64,000 nt of DNA from a virus (lineage: Duplodnaviria; Caudoviricetes), in IMG/VR virus record IMGVR_UViG_3300045049_000504, positions 1,119 through 65,118 of that record. One strand, written 5' to 3'. The position numbers were made by a program, and so were the translations under genes. The notes under the pieces were generated by a model. The model had not been told where the DNA came from, did not search any database, and saw only the letters and a list, made by a program, of their open reading frames with translations. Shown here in pieces: positions 7,820 to 17,514 of the stretch. Numbering within the stretch: position 1 is the first letter of the stretch; each line of letters opens with the position of its first letter.

Positions 7820-9916
7820 CTATGCCGCGTTCCAGGCCGAGACGCCGTCCGTGAAGATGCGGAGTTCGCCGTAGGCGACGGACAGCGTCACCGACGTCGT
7901 GCCGTTGACCGTGTCGCTGCCGGAACGGCTCAGGGTGATGGTACCGGCGCTGCCGCCGACCTCGTTCAGGTAGAACTGCTGGCCGGGCTTGCAGGAACTC
8001 GCCGGGGGCAGTGTGACCGAGCGGGCGCCTGAGCCTGAGACCCCGACGCGGCAGTCGCTCGACGTCATGGTCACGGGCGAAGCGGCCGAGCGGTAGGCCG
8101 GGGCAAGACCGCCCTTGATGAGCGTCGGCGTACCAGAGGCACCAATGTCGACCTCCAACGTGTTGACGTCGCCGATCGTGGCCTTGCCGTTGGCGGCGCC
8201 GCCCGATCCCGTCCCGCCGCGCACGATCGCGTCGCCTCCCACCGCGCTCCCGACGCCGCTGACGCTGCCAGCGTTGCCGCCCAGCAGCTGCGCCTGGCCG
8301 CCCGCGGCGGGGCCGTTCGTGCTGCTCGCCCCGTTGCCGCCCTGGCCGCCGACGACGATCGCGGCGCCGCCCTGCGCAGCGACGCCGCCCGACGTGGTAG
8401 ACGCGGCACCGCCCTGGCCGCCGCGCGACGTGATCGCGCCGCCGCCGCCCGCCGCCGTGGCGCCCGATGCGGCGCCGCCGTTGCCCTGCCCGATCGTGAT
8501 CGCAGTGCCACCGACGCCGGCACCCGGCGTCGACGCGCGAATGACGCCGCCGGGTAGGATCACATTGATCCCCGTCTTGCCGAGCGTCACCTGCGTGGCG
8601 TTGACGGTGCCGAGCTCGAGCGTGCTCCACGAGTCGAGCAGCGTCGTGTCGGTCGTCAGGTTGTTGATGTTCTTATAGTAGACCGTGGGCGCGAGGTTCG
8701 TGCTCGCGCTCGACTTGGGCAGCTTGAAGACAGGTTTCAGCGACGAGCCGATCGTAACTGCGGGCCCGGGGTTGAACGAGCAGGTATCGATCAGGACGTC
8801 ATCGCAGTTGCCCAGGTTCAGGTGCGTGCCGCTGGCGCTGTTGAGCAGGAACGAGCAGCTGCGCAGCGCCAGGCCGAAAACGCCATTCAGATAAATGCCG
8901 TTGTCGTGCTGGGAGTCGTGGCAAAAGTTGTCGATCACCATGTTGGTGGTCCCTTTGCCCGTGTTGACGTAGATCGCCCAGTTGTCGACGAAGTCCGTGG
9001 TCTGGGGCGTCTCCGTCTCACACCGCAGGTTTCGCAGGGAGACGTTGACGCCGCCGAGCAGCGCGGTGGACGTCGGGTCGTTCCAATAGAACCCGTAGCG
9101 GTCGATCAACCACACGCCGTCGTCGATGTTCAGGTTGATTACGACGGCGGCCGGGTCGATCAGGACGATTGGATTACCGCTGCCGGGGGTGGCCGACAGA
9201 TACGAATCCGTCATGTAGAGCGTGTCGCAGCTGATCAGCGTCAGATTCGGATCGATGCTCACTTGCAGCGGGATGTCGCAGTAAGCGCGGTAGTCGTTGA
9301 TGCGAATGAACTCGCGCCCGTTGACATGCACGCCAACGCTGTTGTTGCCTTGCCAGGTCGACGCGCCTTGGACGAGCGGGTCGATCCACACGTGCTCGAC
9401 TCGGAAACCCGACACCGACACCATGTTGATGGCGGTCTTCTTGAAGGCGTTGCCGGCCTGGCTCAAGAAGAACATGCTCGAGCAGCCGCCGCCGTAGATG
9501 GTCGTCGGTGACATCGTCCAACTGAAACAGATCGCGTCGGCCGTCGGGACGAATTTGATCTTGGTCGCCTTCGGGCCGGCGCCCTGCAGGTAGATCCAGT
9601 GGCCGGCGACGGTGATCGTCGACGTGACCAAGTACGTCCCGGGAGGGAAGAAAACGGTAGCGCCCGTGCCGGAGCCCGCCGCCGCGGCGTCGTTCACGGC
9701 TGCCTGGATCGCTGCCGTGTCATCAGCGACGCCGTCTCCGACGGCGCCGTAGGCCTTGACGTTGTAGTTGCTGAAGACCCAGGTTCGCAGGTCTGATAGC
9801 GCCGACGTGACGGCGTTAAAATCCGCCGCGGCGATGTAGTTCGGGCCGTTGCCAGGCGCGAAGAGATCGATCTTCGTGCCCGGCAGCGGCAACATATCCT
9901 TGATGAAGTTGCTCAC
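7820..9916 (-). CDS. Tailspike / depolymerase, pectate-lyase-like parallel beta-helix
   Basis: NVKAYGAVGDGVADDTAAIQAA...VFFPPGTY signature; Gly-rich linker; C-terminal TVTLP-type fibre domain; lower GC. Confidence 0.85.
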   Translation of the reverse strand: MSNFIKDMLPLPGTKIDLFAPGNGPNYIAAADFNAVTSALSDLRTWVFSNYNVKAYGAVGDGVADDTAAIQAAVNDAAAAGSGTGATVFFPPGTYLVTSTITVAGHWIYLQGAGPKATKIKFVPTADAICFSWTMSPTTIYGGGCSSMFFLSQAGNAFKKTAINMVSVSGFRVEHVWIDPLVQGASTWQGNNSVGVHVNGREFIRINDYRAYCDIPLQVSIDPNLTLISCDTLYMTDSYLSATPGSGNPIVLIDPAAVVINLNIDDGVWLIDRYGFYWNDPTSTALLGGVNVSLRNLRCETETPQTTDFVDNWAIYVNTGKGTTNMVIDNFCHDSQHDNGIYLNGVFGLALRSCSFLLNSASGTHLNLGNCDDVLIDTCSFNPGPAVTIGSSLKPVFKLPKSSASTNLAPTVYYKNINNLTTDTTLLDSWSTLELGTVNATQVTLGKTGINVILPGGVIRASTPGAGVGGTAITIGQGNGGAASGATAAGGGGAITSRGGQGGAASTTSGGVAAQGGAAIVVGGQGGNGASSTNGPAAGGQAQLLGGNAGSVSGVGSAVGGDAIVRGGTGSGGAANGKATIGDVNTLEVDIGASGTPTLIKGGLAPAYRSAASPVTMTSSDCRVGVSGSGARSVTLPPASSCKPGQQFYLNEVGGSAGTITLSRSGSDTVNGTTSVTLSVAYGELRIFTDGVSAWNAA

Positions 9917-10113
9917 GCGACAACCTCAAGCACTACGGGCCGCAGATCGCGGATTGCAGTCGGAGGCTGTGATGAACCCGAGCGGGTTCGCGCCGACGGG
10001 CGGCGGGAAGAGGTCGTACTGGTGACCAGGGGCGTGCCGTTGAGCACGAAGTCGGCCCTGGCCGGGCCCGCGAGGCCCACCAAAACGCCGAGCAGAATCA
10101 GTAGCTTGCGCAT
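9913..10113 (-). pseudogene. Frameshifted signal-peptide-bearing paralog of the tailspike N-terminal domain
   Basis: MRKLLILLGVLVGLAGPARA-DFVLNGTPL, then QYDLFPPPVGANPLGFITASD in a second frame, then LQSAICGP* in the third; resembles tailspike NFIKDMLPLPGTKIDLFAP...YIAAADFN. Confidence 0.55.
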
Positions 10114-10179
10114 TTTCCCCACTTTCATGCGATGGGCCGCCAGGCCTCGGGGTAGACTTCTGGGGTAGGAGGTGCCCAG

Positions 10180-10590
10180 ATGCGTACGACGGCTGCGATG
10201 ACGGCCTTGTTCCTGGCGGCGGTGGCGGGTTGCGGCGGGAGCGGCGAGACTGGCGCGGAGGCGGCCTCGTGGGTCGCGACCGCGCCGCCCGCGGCCGACG
10301 TCGAGACCGCGTTCGAGATGACGTTCGACACGTCGCTCCCGCGCGAGCAGCGGCCGCGGGTGCAGTGGTACGACAACACGAGATGCCCGACGCTCTGCGG
10401 GGCCCAGATCGACAGCGACGGCGTCGCCACGGTCGGCTGGCACCACGGCGAGAAACTCAGCGAGACCGACCTCGCGCTCGTCCTCGCGCAGTGGCTCGAG
10501 TACAAGATGGTCGGGTCGTTCGAGCCCACGCCGTACCAGACCGCGTACCGCGACCAGTTCACGCAGCGGCTCCGCGCCGTCGGACTCTAG
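10180..10590 (+). CDS. Lipoprotein oriented opposite to the tail operon (moron-like)
   Basis: LFLAAVAGC lipobox; SD AGGAGG at about 10168. Confidence 0.75.
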   Translation: MRTTAAMTALFLAAVAGCGGSGETGAEAASWVATAPPAADVETAFEMTFDTSLPREQRPRVQWYDNTRCPTLCGAQIDSDGVATVGWHHGEKLSETDLALVLAQWLEYKMVGSFEPTPYQTAYRDQFTQRLRAVGL

Positions 10591-11153
10591 GCGATGTCGT
10601 AGACCGCGTAGTTGAACAGGTACGTACCCGTCGACCACGCCGCCCCGGATCCGGTCACCAGTTGCCAGTCATTGCCGCTGTAGCTCACGTACGGACGCTG
10701 CGTCGCGCCGAGGTTGCCCGCGTTCGGGTTGACGGGCGTTATGACGACGAATGGAGCAGCGGCACGACTCGCACCGCCCACCAGCTTCACAGTGCAGATG
10801 ACGGCGTTTGCGCCTAGCGCGCCTGATGCAGGCATCGCGATATTGAGCTGCCCCGCGGCGTCAGTGCTGCCGAGACTGCATACGACGTTGCCGCTGGGCG
10901 AGTTGACTGCCGGCCCATTTACGATAGTCGGCTGGGTTCCGCTGTTCTTGACGATGAGACGCCCGGCAAACTGGATCGCGCCGGCCGCCGCCGTCACGGC
11001 CGCGCCGCCGACACCGTCGACGACGAGCCCGTACGCGCTCGAGGTCGCGGCGTAGAGGCCGTTGATGGCGGTCTGGAGCGCGTTCCCGAGGGCGGCGTCC
11101 CAGAACGTCGAGCCGTCGACCATGGTGCGGAACGGGGAGAGTGGCCACGCCAT
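10587..11153 (-). CDS. Putative tail fibre / baseplate-associated protein
   Basis: Position after the gp48-like gene; N-terminus LGNALQTAI; beta-rich Ala/Gly/Thr composition. Confidence 0.6.
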   Translation of the reverse strand: MAWPLSPFRTMVDGSTFWDAALGNALQTAINGLYAATSSAYGLVVDGVGGAAVTAAAGAIQFAGRLIVKNSGTQPTIVNGPAVNSPSGNVVCSLGSTDAAGQLNIAMPASGALGANAVICTVKLVGGASRAAAPFVVITPVNPNAGNLGATQRPYVSYSGNDWQLVTGSGAAWSTGTYLFNYAVYDIA

Positions 11154-11163
11154 CGGGGACCTC

Positions 11164-12243
11164 CTAGACGGTGTTGCTGACGAATGGCCCGTACAGCGTC
11201 GGGCCGCATTTTGCCGTGGTGCCGACCACGAAGTACGCGTTGGAATCGGCGGGCTGGACGCGCTGGAGCGCGGCCTTCGCGGCGGGGACGTTCGGCGAGT
11301 TCACGAGGTTGGGGTTGACCTGCACGCCCCAGTCGTGCATCTGCTCGCCGAGCCCGGAATTGCCGGCGCGGTCGCGCTTGCCGCCGCCCTCGACGAAGAG
11401 TGACCACGACACGAGCGTGACGCCGGCCGCGCCGGCGGTGACCTGCAGCGACCAGGTGCCGAAGAGGTACTTGCCGGGGCTGACGCTCGCGTCGGGTAGC
11501 CAGAACGACTTGGACGTCACCGCGCCGGCCGCGAGCGAGCCCGCGGGGAACGTGACTACCGCCTGGCCGGTACCGGTGACGTTGCCGGTGGCCGCGACCG
11601 GCGGCGCCGCGCCCGACGGACCCGTGAGCGTGAACGAGACCTGCTCGGGGTTCGAGCCCGTCAGCACGACGCGGAGCTGGAGCCCGGCATCGCTGACGCC
11701 GCCGTCGTCGGGCACGTAGACGGTCTGCGTCGTCGAGCCGAGCGCGCCGAGCGTCGCGCCCGTCGAGTTCGCGTAGGTGTGAGCCGCGGTCAGTGCCGCG
11801 CGGTTCGCCTCGACGACCGCGAGCGCCGACGCGCTCGAGTAGCCGAGGAGCGGCGCGATGATGCCCTGGATGTTCGAGACGGTGAAGGCGCCCTGCTCGC
11901 GCAGCTTCGAGACGATCTGCAGGCGGCGCAGGACCGTGTTACCCGACAGCGCGATGGGCGTCTGCGACAGCCCGAGCGCCGCCTCCCACTCGGGGAGCTT
12001 GTACGCGGTCGTGGCGGGGTTGATCTCGCCGCGGAGGATGGCGATGCCGTCGTACCAGAAGGCCTTGAGCGCGTCGGCGGTGGCGGCGTAGAAGTTGTAG
12101 ACGTCGCCGACCTTGTTGCGGATGCCGTACCAGCGCGACGCCCCGACGGGCAGCAGCTGGACGAGCAGGTCGAGCACCTGGTCGCTCGAGAGCCCGCTCG
12201 GCGGCACTCCGAGCGGGTATGCGAGGCTCCCCGTGAGCGGCAT
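11164..12243 (-). CDS. Mu gp48-like (DUF2313) baseplate protein with P-proprotein-like insert
   Basis: LLP.GA.W, EINPATT..KLPEWEAALGL, RRLQIVSKL motifs; GTWSLQV..GVTLVSWSL. Confidence 0.75.
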   Translation of the reverse strand: MPLTGSLAYPLGVPPSGLSSDQVLDLLVQLLPVGASRWYGIRNKVGDVYNFYAATADALKAFWYDGIAILRGEINPATTAYKLPEWEAALGLSQTPIALSGNTVLRRLQIVSKLREQGAFTVSNIQGIIAPLLGYSSASALAVVEANRAALTAAHTYANSTGATLGALGSTTQTVYVPDDGGVSDAGLQLRVVLTGSNPEQVSFTLTGPSGAAPPVAATGNVTGTGQAVVTFPAGSLAAGAVTSKSFWLPDASVSPGKYLFGTWSLQVTAGAAGVTLVSWSLFVEGGGKRDRAGNSGLGEQMHDWGVQVNPNLVNSPNVPAAKAALQRVQPADSNAYFVVGTTAKCGPTLYGPFVSNTV

Positions 12244-12252
12244 GCGGGACTC

Positions 12253-13797
12253 CTAGTCGGTGACGGCGATCGACGCGCAGGTCAGGATCTGCACGCCGGT
12301 CGTGGTCCCGTCGTCCGTCGCGGTGACGTCGGTGGTGCCGCCGTTGATCGTGACCGCGAGCACGCGGCGAACCGGCCGGGTGACCCCGTCGGTGTCGACG
12401 GCGTCGAGCGCGGTATCACCGACGGTGAAGATCGACGCGGTGTCGGCCCACACGTCGAGCGGGTTCGCGTAGCCGCTCGCGCGCGACGGGCCGAGCGAAT
12501 CGACATAGCCCTGGATGCCCGCGACGACCGCGGCGCTCGGGCCGGCCGCGACGATCGGCACGATCGGCCCGTACGGGTAGATCTTGTCGTTCGCCGACGG
12601 CGCGGTCCACGCGCTCGGGATGGGCGTCTGCAGCGTCAGCGTCTTGGCGCCGGCGTTGTAGGCGACGACGCTCACCGGGGTCGCGATGCCTGGCGACGCC
12701 ATACCGGTCGAGATGACCTGCAGGCGCGGCGGGCTGACCGTCGTCGGGCTCGCCAGGTACGCGTCGACGGTCTGCGTCAGCGACGCCGGCAGCGCCTCGT
12801 TGGTGGTGATGGTCGGGCTCGAGTACGACGCCACGCTGAGCGTGCTCGAGCCGAGTGCCCAGTCGAAGGCGTACTTGCTGGCGGACGGCACGACGCGGAC
12901 GCGGATCGCGAGCCCGCCGCCCGTCGTCGAGGGGCGGATGGCCGTCACGCCCGACGACGTCACCGGGCGCTGCCCGACGACGCCGGTAACCGAGTTGCCG
13001 TTGATGTAGTCGTTGACGGCGGAGGTGACGGCGGCCGACGGGACGCGGCCCGCGCCGCTGCCGGCCGACGTGATGACGATGTCGACGGTGCCGGTGCCAT
13101 CGCGCTTCGGGTAGACGTAGGCGCGGAAGGCCCCGATGACGGTCTCGGCCCAGCTCTTGTAGTCGGCCGCGGTCCCGCCCTTCGGCGGGTTCTGCCAGCG
13201 CGCGAAGATGCGCGCGAGCAGTGCCGCGTCGGCCTCGGAATCGAGCCCGCCCGACGTGCCGGTGGTGAGCGTGAGCGTCCCGTCGACGCCCGTCGGCGCG
13301 GCCTGGAACGTCAGCACCTGGCCGGCGGCGAGGTTGCCCGCGGAGCCGGCCGTGACCGCGACCACGTTGACGTTCACCGAACCCGAACCCGGCGGCGTGC
13401 CCGGGATGGTCTGCGAGCCGGAGGTCTTGAACACCGTCTGCCCGTCGGGCCCGGTGAGCAGCGTCCCGTCAGGGATGACCGAACCCTTCGTGCCCGTCGC
13501 GGGCCCGAGGCCGCCGCTCGCCGCGGTCGGTCCGTTCGGCCCGAAGCCACCCGCGTTCGACGGCAGCCCGTAGGCGAAGGCCATGTTGTTGAGGGCGACG
13601 CGGCTCGTCTTCTGCGACGGGACCGCGTCGTTGTCGACGCTCTGCAGGCTCGAGAGCAGGTACAGGATCGTGCGCGCGAGCGCTCGAGCGGCCTTGCCGA
13701 GGAACGACTCCGAGTGCGTGTCCTTGCCGGGGAACCGGTTGCGGTAGAACGCGAGGACGACGGCCTCGATCGTGCTGTAGTCGGGTATCGTGATCAC
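12253..13797 (-). CDS. Baseplate J-like (Mu gp47) wedge protein
   Basis: GSAGNL, GGLDSEADAALLARI, PPKGGTAADYKSWA, RAYVYP..GTGTVDI motifs. Confidence 0.9.
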   Translation of the reverse strand: MITIPDYSTIEAVVLAFYRNRFPGKDTHSESFLGKAARALARTILYLLSSLQSVDNDAVPSQKTSRVALNNMAFAYGLPSNAGGFGPNGPTAASGGLGPATGTKGSVIPDGTLLTGPDGQTVFKTSGSQTIPGTPPGSGSVNVNVVAVTAGSAGNLAAGQVLTFQAAPTGVDGTLTLTTGTSGGLDSEADAALLARIFARWQNPPKGGTAADYKSWAETVIGAFRAYVYPKRDGTGTVDIVITSAGSGAGRVPSAAVTSAVNDYINGNSVTGVVGQRPVTSSGVTAIRPSTTGGGLAIRVRVVPSASKYAFDWALGSSTLSVASYSSPTITTNEALPASLTQTVDAYLASPTTVSPPRLQVISTGMASPGIATPVSVVAYNAGAKTLTLQTPIPSAWTAPSANDKIYPYGPIVPIVAAGPSAAVVAGIQGYVDSLGPSRASGYANPLDVWADTASIFTVGDTALDAVDTDGVTRPVRRVLAVTINGGTTDVTATDDGTTTGVQILTCASIAVTD

Positions 13798-13806
13798 GCG
13801 GACCTC

Positions 13807-14199
13807 CTACGACCCGATCGGTAGTCGCACGTTGCGCTGGTGTCCGCTGCGGCTGCGGTAGCCGATGCGCACCGAGTAGCTGCCGGGCCCGCGCTTGACG
13901 ACGGCGACGTCGGCGGAACGGATGAGACCCTGGTCGAGCGCGTACTTGAGCGCGCCCTCGGCGGCGCTGCGGAGCTGCGCGTCCGTACCCGTGCGGTCGA
14001 GCGTGACGCGCATGAGCTTCGACGCGCGACGCGGGTTCGCCCAGTAGGCCTCCTCGTTGATGCTGCTGAGGACGACGTGCTCGTCGGAGTCGTCGAACGT
14101 CGGGTTGCCGCTTGCGTCCCAGTCGAACGAGTCGAACGCGCCTGTGGTCGGGTTGCGCAGCAGTCGCACATCGCGGCCGCTGTCGTTCGGCATCGGCAT
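13807..14199 (-). CDS. Mu gp46-like baseplate protein
   Basis: YWAN..RASKL, AEGALKYALDQGL; position before the J-like gene. Confidence 0.75.
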   Translation of the reverse strand: MPMPNDSGRDVRLLRNPTTGAFDSFDWDASGNPTFDDSDEHVVLSSINEEAYWANPRRASKLMRVTLDRTGTDAQLRSAAEGALKYALDQGLIRSADVAVVKRGPGSYSVRIGYRSRSGHQRNVRLPIGS

Positions 14200-14207
14200 G
14201 GCGCCTC

Positions 14208-14735
14208 CTATCGGACGTAGACGGTCAGGCCCGTCGTCGAATCAAAGGTGCCGGTGCCGACGTTGACCGAGGCGCGGATCGCGATCGAGTGCGAGCCCGC
14301 GGTCAGCGGGATGCGCTGACGCCAGGACGCGTTGTGGCGGACGGTGTCGTTACCGACGATCTTGCCGGCGTTGACGGAATACACGGTCGTGCCATCGACG
14401 AGGATGGTGAACAGCATCGAGTAGTTCGCGGCGCTGTTCTCCATGCCGGCGATGTCGACGGAGAATTCGTACGTGCGGGTCATCGGCGCGGTGTACGTCG
14501 CGCTCGCCAGCGTCACGGCAGTCGTCGTGAACGTGGTGCCACTACCGACGGTATCGATCAGCGCCGTGTCCTGGCCGGCACCCAGCGCGATGATCGCGTC
14601 GAACAATGCCGCTGGCGCCAGGTTTCCGCCGGCGATGCTCGACTGCAGCGCCGTGAGCGGGGTCGCGAGCGACGCCTGATTGCTGCCGGCGAGCACGGCG
14701 GCGGCCTGGGCGGCGGTGCTGGGGCTGTAGCTCAT
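14208..14735 (-). CDS. Hypothetical virion protein
   Basis: In the baseplate operon; beta-rich LTAGSHSIAIRA C-terminus. Confidence 0.6.
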   Translation of the reverse strand: MSYSPSTAAQAAAVLAGSNQASLATPLTALQSSIAGGNLAPAALFDAIIALGAGQDTALIDTVGSGTTFTTTAVTLASATYTAPMTRTYEFSVDIAGMENSAANYSMLFTILVDGTTVYSVNAGKIVGNDTVRHNASWRQRIPLTAGSHSIAIRASVNVGTGTFDSTTGLTVYVR

Positions 14736-14738
14736 GGG

Positions 14739-15326
14739 TTAGCCTGCCTGCGTCTCGGTCGGCGTGACCTGCGTGACCGGCACGCCCCACGAATCGACCG
14801 CGAGCGTCTGGATCAACACGTTGCCCTTGACGGCCGTTCCGAGCTTGATGCTTCCAGGCGCCCCGCCGCCCTTGACAGCGACATTTCCCGAGCCGTCGAG
14901 CTTCACCTGCGAACCTGCCTGGTCGACGACGACGACCGAGCCGTCCTGCCCGAGCTTGATGACGACGCCGGTGACCTTGTTGTAGATCGCGACTTCGCCG
15001 TCGGCGAGGTCCGACGGACCGAAACGGCTCGACTCGGCGCCGACGATGACGCCGTCGCCCGAGCCGCCGCCCTTGCCGAGCCACACGCCCCACGTGCCCG
15101 ACGGCGGCACGGAGCGGATGCCGAACGGGAAGACGCGGCGCCCCTCGAAGTCGTACGGCTGCTCGTCGGCGCCCTGCGTCAGGTAACCGCTGATCTTGTC
15201 GTGCTCGCCGCTCGAGCTGGAGCGCGAGTAGGCACCGTACTTGAGCAGGTTCGCCGCGAGCTTCTGGCGGACCCAGTCCTTCAGCTCGGCGCGGAGCGCG
15301 CGGATGAGGTCGTAGTTAACGGACAT
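14739..15326 (-). CDS. Mu gp45-like baseplate spike
   Basis: PFGIRSVPP.G, LADGEVAIYN..G..IKLG motifs. Confidence 0.85.
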   Translation of the reverse strand: MSVNYDLIRALRAELKDWVRQKLAANLLKYGAYSRSSSSGEHDKISGYLTQGADEQPYDFEGRRVFPFGIRSVPPSGTWGVWLGKGGGSGDGVIVGAESSRFGPSDLADGEVAIYNKVTGVVIKLGQDGSVVVVDQAGSQVKLDGSGNVAVKGGGAPGSIKLGTAVKGNVLIQTLAVDSWGVPVTQVTPTETQAG

Positions 15327-15335
15327 GTCGTCCTC

Positions 15336-16571
15336 CTACGCTGCGAGCAGGTTCGGCAACCTGATCTGCAGCGTCGAGCGCGTCCCGCCGCGGTCGTCGC
15401 GGTCGTACCGCACCGCGCTCACGTAGAACTTGCCGTCGAGTCCGAAGAACTCGTCGTGCACCTCGCACATCGTGTCGGGCTCGTAGAAGTTGCCGCTCTG
15501 CGAGTGGCCGCGGACCTCGATCTCGTAGACCCACGCGTCGAAGTCGCCGCGGTTCACCATCCACTGCGCTCGAGCTGATGCTTGCGCGCTGCTGAGGCGG
15601 TCCGGGTCGGCGAACGCGACGAGCCGCGTGAACGGCAGCCCGGCCTGGTACGACGGGGCGAGCACTCCGACGGGCCGCACGTACTGGCCGCGGAAGTTGT
15701 TCGTGTTGGGGTTGTTCGGGTCGACGCCCTGTGACTGCGGGATGAGCGTCGTGCCGACGCAGATCGCCTTGGTGTACCTGGTCGCGAGCGAGCGCGTCAG
15801 CGTCGCGCGTTGGACGTTGTTCTTGCCCTTGACCAGGTCGCGGTAGTGGTAGAACGTGTAGGCGACGGGCGTGTCGTATCGCGGCTTGAAGAGGCAGAGC
15901 TTTCCGTCGGCCGTCACGTTGACGAGCTTGTTGGCGAGCTTCGCGAACTGGATGAAGTAGTCGGCCGGCTTGTCGCCGGGCTCGACCTGGACGATCGGCG
16001 GGCGGTCTTGGTCGCCGAGCGTCGCCACCGAGCGCGCGTAGTTGCCGCCGAGCTTGATCTTCGTGTTGCGGTCGCGGCCGAACTCGATGCCGGTGAAGCC
16101 CCACGACGGGTCGACGAAGAGGTCGTAGAGACCGCCGAACGTGCGGCCCTCGAGCCGCTTCCAGATCGGCGCGTCGCAGTTCACGAGGAACCAGCCGAGG
16201 TCGGCGCCGGCCACGTTGAGCGTGGACGCGCCGCCGCGGTCGACGCTGCGCCGGACCTGCGTGACGACGCCCGTCACCTTGGGCACGCGCTGGCCGTTGC
16301 CGACCTGCGGGCTCGCGAACTGCAGCGTGATCGGCGAGCCCTCGACGACGTTCGCGAACCGCCCGTGCGGGTCGGGTACGTCGACGGAGAACGGGTCGCC
16401 GAGCTGGAGCAGGTCGGTATCGTAGCAGTAGCGCGTGATGAGGTCGGTCTCGACGCCGTTGATGGTGACGGTGACGAGCGGCGTCTCATCGACGGAGTAC
16501 GGGTCGACGGGACCTGTCGTCGGCGCCCTGACGAGCGACGTCGCCCCGTACGGGGTCAGCAGCCCGGCCAC
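15336..16571 (-). CDS. Mu gpP/gp44-like baseplate hub
   Basis: GDPFS, GADLGWFLVNCDAP, QVEPGD, VTADGKL motifs; synteny. Confidence 0.85.
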   Translation of the reverse strand: MAGLLTPYGATSLVRAPTTGPVDPYSVDETPLVTVTINGVETDLITRYCYDTDLLQLGDPFSVDVPDPHGRFANVVEGSPITLQFASPQVGNGQRVPKVTGVVTQVRRSVDRGGASTLNVAGADLGWFLVNCDAPIWKRLEGRTFGGLYDLFVDPSWGFTGIEFGRDRNTKIKLGGNYARSVATLGDQDRPPIVQVEPGDKPADYFIQFAKLANKLVNVTADGKLCLFKPRYDTPVAYTFYHYRDLVKGKNNVQRATLTRSLATRYTKAICVGTTLIPQSQGVDPNNPNTNNFRGQYVRPVGVLAPSYQAGLPFTRLVAFADPDRLSSAQASARAQWMVNRGDFDAWVYEIEVRGHSQSGNFYEPDTMCEVHDEFFGLDGKFYVSAVRYDRDDRGGTRSTLQIRLPNLLAA

Positions 16572-16575
16572 GGCG

Positions 16576-17514
16576 TCACACCGTCGCCGGCGCCATGAGG
16601 AGCTGCGTCCCGGCGGGGATCATCGCCGGGTCGTAGAGGACGCCGGCGTTGTTGGCGAGGATCTCGGCTTCGCGCCGCGGCCCGTCGGCGGCGCCGTAGA
16701 ACAGCATCGAGAGCGCGGTGATGTGCATGGTCATCGGCACCACGTAGACGGTGAGCGTCGGGCGGAGCGCCCGAGCGGCGTCGTCCACCTGCGCGCACGC
16801 GTCGTAGAGGACCTCGCACGCGGCGACCGCCGGGTCGGAGAACCCGGGCGACGCGGCGGGGTCGGCGACGATGGCGGCGATGGCCGCGTTCGTCAGCGAC
16901 AGCACGCTCGCGAGCTGCTGCGGGAGCGTGGCGTCGAGCGTCGCCGAGGTGGCCGACGCGACGGCGGCTGCGGCGTACGTCGTCGCGGCGGACGTGAGCG
17001 CGGTGATCGCCGACGCGGCCGTGGCGAAGAGCGGCGCGTACTGCGCGAGGTTCGTCACGGCCGAGCTGACGATCTGCTGCTTGGCCGACGGGCCCTGCTG
17101 CGACGCTGGCGCGTTGGACGAGGCGTTGGTGTCGACCTGCGACTCCTCGAAGAGGACCGTGACCTCGTAGAAGTTCGGCGCGTTCTCGACGTCCATGCGC
17201 CCGCTGCCGCGCGTGTGGCGGGCGGTGATGGCGCCGTAGACCGGGTGCGTGAGCGTGCCGATCGGCGTCGAGTCGAGCGTCGCCTGCAGCTGCAAGAAGT
17301 CGGCGCGCCACGTCGGGCCGATGAAGGCGAGGTGGACGGTGCAGCGGAAGGGCTCGCGCCCCATGTCCTCGCCCTCGCCGCCGTCGCGCTTGTTGTACTT
17401 GTGCGTGGTCCCGGCGCGGTCGCGGCTGTCCTCCCAGGCGGTGACGAACCTGGAAAAATCGACGCCCGCGAAGGCCGCGCCGCGCCAGTCGGAGACAATC
17501 GGCTGTCGGCTCAT
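16576..17514 (-). CDS. Mu gpN-like DNA circularization protein with LysM-like C-terminus
   Basis: AAFAGVDF, HKYNKRDG..EDMGR, GTLTHPVYG, FEES; C-terminal YG..REAEILANN..DP.MIPAGTQL. Confidence 0.85.
   Translation of the reverse strand: MSRQPIVSDWRGAAFAGVDFSRFVTAWEDSRDRAGTTHKYNKRDGGEGEDMGREPFRCTVHLAFIGPTWRADFLQLQATLDSTPIGTLTHPVYGAITARHTRGSGRMDVENAPNFYEVTVLFEESQVDTNASSNAPASQQGPSAKQQIVSSAVTNLAQYAPLFATAASAITALTSAATTYAAAAVASATSATLDATLPQQLASVLSLTNAAIAAIVADPAASPGFSDPAVAACEVLYDACAQVDDAARALRPTLTVYVVPMTMHITALSMLFYGAADGPRREAEILANNAGVLYDPAMIPAGTQLLMAPATV

Noticed and set aside
8200-8520. Gly-rich repeats as collagen or a DNA repeat
   Set aside because: Not a strict G-X-Y pattern; a low-complexity linker within the tailspike.
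7820-11153. Diversity-generating retroelement or invertible tail-fibre switch
   Set aside because: No reverse transcriptase, no TR/VR pair with A-specific mismatches, no invertase or inverted crossover sites.
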